This document shows positions 8,499 to 15,806 of a stretch of 47,768 nucleotides of DNA, one piece after another. The notes beneath the pieces were generated by a model, which was given only the letters and a program-made list of their open reading frames with translations, was not told the DNA's origin and made no database searches. Source of the DNA: Chloroflexia bacterium (GTDB lineage Bacteria > Chloroflexota > Chloroflexia > QHBQ01 > JADMIH01); assembly GCA_049580985.1 (NCBI GenBank), contig JBAURA010000444.1, forward strand, positions 1 through 47,768. Reading direction: 5' to 3'. Positions within the stretch are counted from its first letter, which is position 1, and each line of letters opens with the position of its first letter. The position numbers and the translations under genes are program-made.

Positions 8499-11400
8499 CT
8501 ACCCTTTTGACATCTGCAGGTACAGATCGACCAAGTCCTGGCGAGGATCTATATCCAGGTCGTCGCGCAGGCGGCGCTGCAACTTCTGATAGGCACGTAG
8601 GCCCGCCGTACGGTCACCTCGGGCCTGACACGCCTTCATCAACCAGAGGGTGCCGTCCTCGCTCCAAGGCTCCTGCTCGATCAACTGACGCATTACATGG
8701 GCGCAATCGTCCGGTCTGCCAACCTCGAAGTAGATGATACCGAGGCGCAGCAGGATATCCCGGTAACGAGTGCTCAATTGCTCTCGCTTCGGCATCGCCC
8801 ATTCAGCGTAGGGGTTATCGGCAAGGAAGTCACCCGTATAGAGAGCTACCGCCTTTTCGAGATCAGAGACGGAGTCTAACTGCGAGGATTGCTGAGTGAA
8901 CATCACGTTATCTACGGTGGAGCCACGGGGTAACACTAACTGGTAAGCGCCATACGCAGGCTGTACGTAGCGAGAAGGGAACCCGGAAGGTATCTCAGGC
9001 TCAAGGGCATGGCGCAGACCCGCTACGGCCTGGTGCAGGTTCTTACGGGCGGCTGCGAGCACACCGCCCGGCCACAACACTTCTATTAGCTCCTCCACCG
9101 GCACGGGACGCGCCTGGTGAAGGAGATACTGGAACACGGTTTTGGAGCTTGCCCTGGGCCAGGAGACGGCTATCTTTCGGTGTAACACGGTGAAGCGTCC
9201 AAAGGTCTGGATGGAGAGTGGCTCCGGCGGAGATTCGGCCCAGGCCTTAATCGCCGCTTCCCGCGTCCGCTTCACGGCCAGGTTGGGGTGATCAACCAGT
9301 TCATTGATTGCTGCCAACACTTTCGGGTCTCCGGCTGCGCACAGTTTGCACAAGATGCTTGTCGCGTAGTCTCCTTCAAGCCCGGCGACTATCGCCTCAG
9401 TAAGCACTGGCACAGCTCGCACACCCAATCCTATGATCAACTGGCCGTGCCCGCCTGCCCGACACATTTTCAGCGCCTGAGAAGTGTGATGCTGCATTTG
9501 GAGTTTGTCGCCATTGCTCGATACCGAAATGACTGAGGCAAGATAAACGTGCGCCTGTGCCTGTGCGTATTGCGCGTTGGCTTGATAGAAGATGTCGAGC
9601 GCGGTGTTCAGGTGCATACGTGCTTCTTCCAGTTTACCAGCATCGGCAGCCGCCCCACCAAACACCAGGTGTGATAACCCTACTTCGTAGGGCACGCCCA
9701 GGGCGCGGCGTATGGCCATGCCCCTCTCGGCAGCCCGGAACGCCTCTTCATGGCGTCCTTCACGCCGTGCAAGCGCGCAGAGCCAATCAAGTGCCAGGGC
9801 GGTCTTGGGTCCGTTGTTCCGAGATTGCAGCACATCGAGCGCCTGGCTGAGGTGCAGATGCGCCTCGTTGAGCTGGCCATCGAGGAGATGGACGACACCC
9901 AGGATGAGGGTTGCCATCGCGGATTCCTCCCGGTGATCGCCGGTGTCGGCCAGGTGAAGTGCGGATTCCGCTAGCGCCCGCGCTTCTAAGCAGTCGCCGC
10001 GCAGCAAATGGATATATGCCACTGAGTTGAGCATTTCAGCTCTCTCCTCGTGCAAGCCCTGGCTCTCGCCCAGTTTCAGCAGCATCGCATACCCTGCCAG
10101 TGCCCCCTCGAAGTCGCCCAGCCTGTAACGCAGGTCTGCATTGTGACGATGCACCCTTAGCAGGGTGGTGACCAAGTTGCTACGTTCCGCAAGCTCCAAC
10201 GCCTCTTTTATCCCCGCCTGCACTTCCTCGATTGGACCTTCTACCATGTAGACGGATAAAGCCAGGGTCGAGAGCACCAGCGCTTTGTCGGAGTCATTCT
10301 CCGCGAACAGAAGGGCTTTCTTCAAGCTGATAGTGGACTCTGTGTAACGGCCTTGCTTGCTTAGCCAGTTGCCGAAGCCGTACAGGCTGAGAAAGATGGC
10401 ACCGCGATCTTCGGCCGTTCTCGAGGAAATTTCTGCCTGCCGGTAAAGGGTTTCGGCGCCAAGCAGCAGGTTATCGAACAATTGCGAGCGAGCCTGGATC
10501 AGGAGCAACCAGGGGTGGCTGGCAGCGATAACTTTCGGAAACTCCTTGACCCAACGCTCCAAACGCATGTACTGGCCGGCGGATAGGGTCACCTGGCACA
10601 TCTTGCCGAGCAAGGTTGCCGCCTCATCGTACTCACCAGCCGCCAACAGGTGGCTCATTGCCAGATCAGTCTCCTCTTTCGAGATATGGTGGGCAGCCAG
10701 TTGCCTGTGCAGAGCATGCACGGCGGCAGGCTCCAGCAGGTGCATTTGCTGGCGCAGGTACTCTCGAAAAAAGGTGAGATAGCGATAGGAAGGTTGCGTT
10801 GTGCTACCATCGTCCCCTTCTACGGAGTAAACTTCGGTGTACACACGATGCCGCTCGATTTGGAACAGGGCGCTCTCGGTACCCTTGATCCTGAGGGCGC
10901 GGCAGAGGGCCGGGTCCACCTGGTCCAGGATGGAGGTGTGCGTCAGGAACACCACAGCAGGAGTAGGGAGATGCCTCTCCATCTCCTCCCGCAGGTAGGT
11001 AGCGACAATATGCTGGATGGACCCCAGTCCCGCAATAGCACGCTCCTCATTTACCTCCGTTAGCTCAGGCCGTCCTGGATCGAGCGCACCGGCAAGAATT
11101 ACCAGGCCCGTGATCCACCCTTCCATGTAGACATCGATGATGTTGAGCGCCTTGCCATCGACCTTGCAACCGGCCGTCGACAGAAGAAAAGCCGAAGTCT
11201 CCTCCGGGCTTAGCCTTAGATCACGAGCGGCTAACATACCCACCATGCCCTGCGCCCACAGTTTTGCCAGGCTCAGCAACCGGGGAGAGCCCCACGACCC
11301 GGCTATCATGCGTAGGGCGGGAGGCGAGTAATCGATGAGTCTCACCAGCAAGGCTTGAGCCGTGCGGTCCACCAACAGATGCAGGTTGTCGACAAAGAGA

Positions 11401-12071
11401 TAATAGTAGGGATGGGGAAGCGGTAATATGGTCAGCTCGTTGAGGAGGTGGGCGAGCGCTTTCTCCGGGTCGATGGTATCGAGTGGCTCTCCCAGTCCTG
11501 GGACAGAACGGCGTAGCGATGCGTGGAGATGCAGTACAAACAGCAAGGGGTTATTGTGCTCACGCCCGATGGTAAGCCAGGCAGCTGGTATATTCGCGGC
11601 AAAGCCGGCAAGCAACATCGACTTGCCGTAACCAGGTGGGGCTGACACTAGTGTCAGTTTATGCTTTTGTACAGAGTCGGCCAGTTGCCGATAGAGATGC
11701 GGACGCTGGAACAAACCGGCAGAGGGCGTAGGAGGCGTACACTGTGAGGCCAAAACCCACACCGGGTCTGGGGTACTTACGACGCTAATCTCTGGCACGG
11801 GCGCTACAGATGGACTAGGCGTGGGAGGAGGATAAACCAGTCCGTAATTGTCAAACTCCTGGGTGCTTGGGTCTGCAAACATTGGCTGTGATTCCTCTGT
11901 TGGGGCGCTAGATAGCTTTGTAATTATTGCATGGTGTCTTATGTACCGGGCATCGTAAACCTCCACAATCCTCTTAGGGCCACTCCACCAAGCCTGTATG
12001 CGAAGGGAATGCCACGTTGCAGGATCGTAACACACGATCCTAGAGTGTCTTTCAGGTTGGCCTCGTGACAA
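8499..12071 (-). CDS. Large transcriptional regulator: P-loop ATPase (MalT/LAL-like) + TPR region + C-terminal SARP module (OmpR-type winged helix + BTAD)
   Basis: The longest ORF is 1190 aa with a TTG start. A better-supported start is the ATG at 11882 (MFADPST), preceded by GAGGA.
- Walker A: LVSAPPGYGKSMLL.
- Long TPR-like helical middle region.
- C-terminal winged helix: LSIQTFGRFTVLHRKIAVSW..KTVFQYLL..PVPVEELIEVLWP..ARKNLHQAVAGLRHALEP.
- BTAD: LEKAVALYTGDFLADNPYAEWAMPKREQLSTRYRDILLRLG...GLRAYQKLQRRLRDDLDIDPRQDLVDLY. Confidence 0.8.
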   Translation of the reverse strand: MSRGQPERHSRIVCYDPATWHSLRIQAWWSGPKRIVEVYDARYIRHHAIITKLSSAPTEESQPMFADPSTQEFDNYGLVYPPPTPSPSVAPVPEISVVSTPDPVWVLASQCTPPTPSAGLFQRPHLYRQLADSVQKHKLTLVSAPPGYGKSMLLAGFAANIPAAWLTIGREHNNPLLFVLHLHASLRRSVPGLGEPLDTIDPEKALAHLLNELTILPLPHPYYYLFVDNLHLLVDRTAQALLVRLIDYSPPALRMIAGSWGSPRLLSLAKLWAQGMVGMLAARDLRLSPEETSAFLLSTAGCKVDGKALNIIDVYMEGWITGLVILAGALDPGRPELTEVNEERAIAGLGSIQHIVATYLREEMERHLPTPAVVFLTHTSILDQVDPALCRALRIKGTESALFQIERHRVYTEVYSVEGDDGSTTQPSYRYLTFFREYLRQQMHLLEPAAVHALHRQLAAHHISKEETDLAMSHLLAAGEYDEAATLLGKMCQVTLSAGQYMRLERWVKEFPKVIAASHPWLLLIQARSQLFDNLLLGAETLYRQAEISSRTAEDRGAIFLSLYGFGNWLSKQGRYTESTISLKKALLFAENDSDKALVLSTLALSVYMVEGPIEEVQAGIKEALELAERSNLVTTLLRVHRHNADLRYRLGDFEGALAGYAMLLKLGESQGLHEERAEMLNSVAYIHLLRGDCLEARALAESALHLADTGDHREESAMATLILGVVHLLDGQLNEAHLHLSQALDVLQSRNNGPKTALALDWLCALARREGRHEEAFRAAERGMAIRRALGVPYEVGLSHLVFGGAAADAGKLEEARMHLNTALDIFYQANAQYAQAQAHVYLASVISVSSNGDKLQMQHHTSQALKMCRAGGHGQLIIGLGVRAVPVLTEAIVAGLEGDYATSILCKLCAAGDPKVLAAINELVDHPNLAVKRTREAAIKAWAESPPEPLSIQTFGRFTVLHRKIAVSWPRASSKTVFQYLLHQARPVPVEELIEVLWPGGVLAAARKNLHQAVAGLRHALEPEIPSGFPSRYVQPAYGAYQLVLPRGSTVDNVMFTQQSSQLDSVSDLEKAVALYTGDFLADNPYAEWAMPKREQLSTRYRDILLRLGIIYFEVGRPDDCAHVMRQLIEQEPWSEDGTLWLMKACQARGDRTAGLRAYQKLQRRLRDDLDIDPRQDLVDLYLQMSKG

Positions 12072-12395
12072 CAGGTAACGAGCTCAAACCATAGACTAAA
12101 CCCATGGCTCACTACGCATGCGCCCTCATTATCGGGTATGGTAATAGCCGTGAAGTATAGTATTGTGTGCTGGGAAGTATCGAAGTATACCAACTGGCTT
12201 CGGAAAAAGCAAGAGGTTAATGCCCGTAGCTGCCAGCCTTTTCTTCCTAAGACCATTGACGAGCTAGGGGAACTGGTGATATTCTATGCCACTACAATCT
12301 GGTACCTTGTGCCTGGGAGTCTGCACGGCGCCTCTGGGGCAAAGCGGTTAGCGATGCCTGCACGAACATGAATATCGACTTCGAAGGAGTCCTCT

Positions 12396-13529
12396 ATGTC
12401 CGAGATAGATTTGGGTACTTTCGCCGAATATCTGCGTCCAATTGGCCCCCACATGCCACCACAGTTGATCTCGCCATCGTCTTTCGCCAACATATCACGC
12501 ACTGCTCACGTTTTACCGGGTGCGCTTGCGATGGGCCTGTTCGGTTTCGAGTGCCGGTTGGCCGAAGAGGCGCCTGTCGCTGACTTCCAGTTATGCGCCG
12601 ATGCGGCGTTCAACGCGAAGAACAGTCTCGCCCGTACCATAGCCTCCGGCAATGTGCTCTTGAACAACCACCGGGTGTGGCAGCGTATCAACGATTTCGT
12701 AGAGGCTTGGTCAGCATCAGAATCGCTGCTCAATAAGCATCTGCGCAACATCTGGCTTGAGTTCGATATAAGCGACGCGCCACGTGAAGTCCCGGTACCC
12801 AGCATCTTTTTAGGCCTCTATACCTCCGAAGAGAGACGGAGCACCCCAGCTGAAAACAACAACGGTACAGCGAACGAAAGAGCCGACCCCTCAACCATAC
12901 AGGTAGTGTGCTTAAACGCGCTAACACTGCTGATGGGTAACCCCGTGCTGGAGCCGGTAGCGCAGAAGTTCAGGGAAGCCATCCAGAAGATACCAGCTCC
13001 CGGTGAGGTAGGTTTTGTGGGCACTATGCTGGCCCGCAACGTGAATGCTTTCAGAATGATCGTAAGAGGTTTGGACCGGATGCGGATAATCGAGTATCTC
13101 TCCCATCTTCATTGGCCGGGGCAGCTCTCTGAGGTAGAAGCGGCGCTCGACTCCACATCACGCTTTAGCGATTATCTCTGGCTCAACATAGACGTTGGTG
13201 AGCACATATATCCAAAGATATCGTGGGAATGCTACTTCAATAAACGAGCGCAACCCCAGGATGACGGACGGTGGCAGGAATTCCTCGACTATCTAGTGGA
13301 GAGCGAGATGTGTCTCCCTGCCAAGCGGGAAGGGTTGCTGGCCTACCCGGCGGTTATAGGGCAGAGCACCGCCGGCGCTCTATGGCCCGATAGCCTGCGC
13401 CTGTTGTCTCGCGCACTTGGCCCTCTGGCTCTACGCAGGTGTGTGACCGCCTTGCACCACATCAAGATAGTGTATCAGCCTGGCCGGCCTCTCGAGGCCA
13501 AAGCATATCTGTGTGCTCATTATGAATAG
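12396..13529 (+). CDS. Hypothetical protein (possible ABBA/PT-barrel fold; unverified)
   Basis: 377-aa ORF with an ATG start. An AGGAG lies 6 nt upstream (12385-12389). I see no catalytic motif I can name. There are five spaced strand-turn-strand-like segments: LFGFECRLAEEAPVADFQLCA, IWLEFDISDAPREVPVPSIFLGLY, VGFVGTMLARNVNAFRMIVRGL, YLWLNIDVGEHIYPKISWECYF, LHHIKIVYQPGRPLEAKAYLCAHY. Confidence 0.6.
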   Translation: MSEIDLGTFAEYLRPIGPHMPPQLISPSSFANISRTAHVLPGALAMGLFGFECRLAEEAPVADFQLCADAAFNAKNSLARTIASGNVLLNNHRVWQRINDFVEAWSASESLLNKHLRNIWLEFDISDAPREVPVPSIFLGLYTSEERRSTPAENNNGTANERADPSTIQVVCLNALTLLMGNPVLEPVAQKFREAIQKIPAPGEVGFVGTMLARNVNAFRMIVRGLDRMRIIEYLSHLHWPGQLSEVEAALDSTSRFSDYLWLNIDVGEHIYPKISWECYFNKRAQPQDDGRWQEFLDYLVESEMCLPAKREGLLAYPAVIGQSTAGALWPDSLRLLSRALGPLALRRCVTALHHIKIVYQPGRPLEAKAYLCAHYE

Positions 13530-13546
13530 ACGAATGGGGGTAGCCC

Positions 13547-15157
13547 ATGAGTGGCCTAGACGAAGCGCTGGAGGCGTGGCGTGCTGCTATCGGAGAGGAT
13601 TACGTACGCACCGATCAAGTTACCTTGCGGCAGGTTGAGACGGCCACGTTTGCCACCTATCAGGAGGTGCCGGCCCTGCTTCTTCCCGGCAACCGCGACG
13701 AGGTGCAGCGCTGCGTTCGCATCGCCAATGCTTACAAGACGCCTCTCTACCCGGTGAGCACAGGCAAGAACTGGGGTTATGGCTCCAGGGTGCCCACCTA
13801 CAACGGTTGCGTGGTGATGAGCCTGGAGCGGCTGAACCGAATCGTTGATTTCAGCGAGGAGCTAGCTTACATCACGGTAGAGCCTGGGGTGACCTTCCTG
13901 GATGTGAACAGATTCTTGGCCGAACGAGGCTCCACCCTCAAGGTCAACCTCACCGGCAGTACTTACGAGTCGAGTCTGATCGGAAACGCGCTTGAGCGAG
14001 GCCTGGGCAGCGGTATCTATGGTGATCGCGCGGCACATGTATGCGATATGGAGGTGGTGCTGCCTACGGGTGAGCACCTGCGAACGGGTTTCGGGCGCTT
14101 TGAGGGGGCGGCGGCAAGCGTCAACCGCTGGGGTGTTGGACCATCCCTCGATAGCCTCTTTACCCAATCCAATCTCGGGATTGTGACCAGGATGACCTTC
14201 TGGTTGATGCCGATCTCCAAGCACAGATTTTCCTGCTACTTCGCAACAGACCCGGATGGACTGGAGAGTCTGATCGACGCTTTACATCATCTTCGCTCTT
14301 CCGGAATATGCAACGAGCCAATCCGCTTGTACAACGACTATAGGGCGCTGTCTGGAATCGTGCAGTTCCCCTGGCAGGCGATTGGGGCCGGAGATTTCTT
14401 AACGCCTGAGGTGATGTCAAGCATCCGGGAGGCGCTTGGGATCGGTGCATGGTTGGGCGAGTTGCATATTGATGCTCACAGTCCGGCTCAGGCCCGAGCC
14501 AGCCAGGAATTGGTATACAGCTCTCTGAAGGGCGTGACAAATACTCTCTACTTCGTGGACACGGGTGGGGCGCAATGGGTACCCATGACTGGGAACGCAA
14601 CAGAGGAGAATGGAGAACCGTTCACCCTCCAGCCCAGGCCGGCAGCAGAACAGGGACGAAGCCTTGAGACTCCAGGCGGAATCAGAAACACTTACTGGCG
14701 CAAGAGGACCCCGGTGCCGGAGAAAATGGACCCCGACCGCGACCGTTGCGGGGTGCTATGGTGCGCCCCGGCAGTACCGTTCATAGGGCGACACGTCGTC
14801 CGAGTTGTGCGCTGTATGGAGAAAGTGATCCTATCAGATCGATTCGAGCCTAACATCTCATTGGTTCTCCTTACGGAAAGATGCGCAATAGTGAACGCGG
14901 CGCTGCTGTACGACCGGGATGTGCCGGGGGAGGACGACCGCGCCATGCGTTGCTACCACACGCTCCTGCAGGAACTGATCGGGATGAGGTATCTACCCTA
15001 CCGGCTCGGTATTCAGTCGATGGACTCGCTCCCGGCCTCGTCCGGCGACTATGACGCCCTTCTTGCGCGGTTAAAAAAGTCCCTGGACCCAAACGACATC
15101 CTGGCACCAAGACGATACGATTTTCGAGCAACCTGGCCGCACGATATGACCGATTAA
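13547..15157 (+). CDS. FAD-linked oxidoreductase, VAO/PCMH (4-cresol dehydrogenase / vanillyl-alcohol oxidase-like) family
   Basis: 536-aa ORF. The N-terminal PCMH-type FAD-binding segment reads PALLLPGNRDEVQRCVRIANAYKTPLYPVSTGKNWGYGSRVP ... VVMSLERLNRIVDFSEELAYITVEPGVTF. It lies 17 nt downstream of the preceding gene. Confidence 0.75.
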   Translation: MSGLDEALEAWRAAIGEDYVRTDQVTLRQVETATFATYQEVPALLLPGNRDEVQRCVRIANAYKTPLYPVSTGKNWGYGSRVPTYNGCVVMSLERLNRIVDFSEELAYITVEPGVTFLDVNRFLAERGSTLKVNLTGSTYESSLIGNALERGLGSGIYGDRAAHVCDMEVVLPTGEHLRTGFGRFEGAAASVNRWGVGPSLDSLFTQSNLGIVTRMTFWLMPISKHRFSCYFATDPDGLESLIDALHHLRSSGICNEPIRLYNDYRALSGIVQFPWQAIGAGDFLTPEVMSSIREALGIGAWLGELHIDAHSPAQARASQELVYSSLKGVTNTLYFVDTGGAQWVPMTGNATEENGEPFTLQPRPAAEQGRSLETPGGIRNTYWRKRTPVPEKMDPDRDRCGVLWCAPAVPFIGRHVVRVVRCMEKVILSDRFEPNISLVLLTERCAIVNAALLYDRDVPGEDDRAMRCYHTLLQELIGMRYLPYRLGIQSMDSLPASSGDYDALLARLKKSLDPNDILAPRRYDFRATWPHDMTD

Positions 15158-15166
15158 CGCGTGCTA

Positions 15167-15220
15167 TGTCACCTAATTGTCACCTTGCTGTCACCTTTTT
15201 GTCACTACGGCATGTTATGA
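15167..15220 (+). promoter_or_regulatory. Four TGTCAC[C/T] heptamers at exact 11-bp spacing plus an extended -10-like element upstream of precursor gene 1
   Basis: TGTCACC at 15167, 15178 and 15189, and TGTCACT at 15200, each separated by 4 nt. These are followed by acgg CATGTTATGAC, which contains TG-n-TATGAC. Heptamer direct repeats with 11-bp periodicity are the known SARP binding-site architecture. Confidence 0.55.
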
Positions 15221-15341
15221 CTCCGTCTGCAGAGGACTGACCATAACGTTTAGGAGTCCCCGATATTGAACCCTCCTGAACAGCAGGCCAAATGGATCTG
15301 CCGAGTGACAAACATACCAACCAGCAAAAAAGGAGACTAAA

Positions 15342-15605
15342 GTGAGCGAGCATACATTTAACGATGAGAAACGTGAACTGGCTGCTAAGGTCGTGGATCG
15401 CATCCTGAGTGATGCCTCTTTCCGTGAGGCGCTCAAGAACGACCCGGATGCCGCTATGAACAGCACCTTCCCCGAGGAGTGGCAGGGCATATTTGAGTCC
15501 TTGGGCGATCCCGAGGTCGCTGGCTATCTGGATCAGGAGCCCATCGCAGGTGATGGCGATACCAACTGTTGCCAGGGCGGCACGGTCTGCAACCAGAGCT
15601 ACTAG
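15342..15605 (+). CDS. Lanthipeptide precursor 1 (NHLP-like leader, Cys/Ser/Thr-rich C-terminal core)
   Basis: 87 aa with a GTG start. AGGAG at 15331-15335 lies 6 nt upstream. The leader segment ELAAKVVDRILSDASFREALKNDPDAAMN resembles nitrile-hydratase-like leader peptides. A PEVAGY motif precedes the C-terminal region. The C-terminus is DTNCCQGGTVCNQSY. The gene is immediately upstream of a LanL gene. Confidence 0.8.
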   Translation: MSEHTFNDEKRELAAKVVDRILSDASFREALKNDPDAAMNSTFPEEWQGIFESLGDPEVAGYLDQEPIAGDGDTNCCQGGTVCNQSY

Positions 15606-15644
15606 TCCATGCGCCGGAACCTACCTACCTCGGCGTAGCGTAGC

Positions 15645-15691
15645 GGTACCCTCAGTTTGCAGGCGGAAGAGCCATGCAAACTGAGGGTACC
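15645..15691 (+). terminator. 17-bp perfect stem-loop between the precursor and synthetase genes (probable attenuator or partial terminator)
   Basis: GGTACCCTCAGTTTGCA (15645-15661), a 13-nt loop, then TGCAAACTGAGGGTACC (15675-15691), followed by only TTT. Confidence 0.55.
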
Positions 15692-15806
15692 TTTGCAACT
15701 ACAACTCATTAACTGTGCGTTTTTCAATGCACGCAGTTCAGGCCCTCTCCACCTCGCCTGCGTTTATCCATTACCTTTCGCCCCAGCACAGACCCAGGAG
15801 TCGCTA

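Noticed and set aside
15657-15806. Upstream extension of the LanL1 ORF
   Set aside because: The extension begins inside the 17-bp hairpin and has no RBS. The ATG at 15807 has AGGAG at ideal spacing and gives an N-terminal length equal to that of LanL2.
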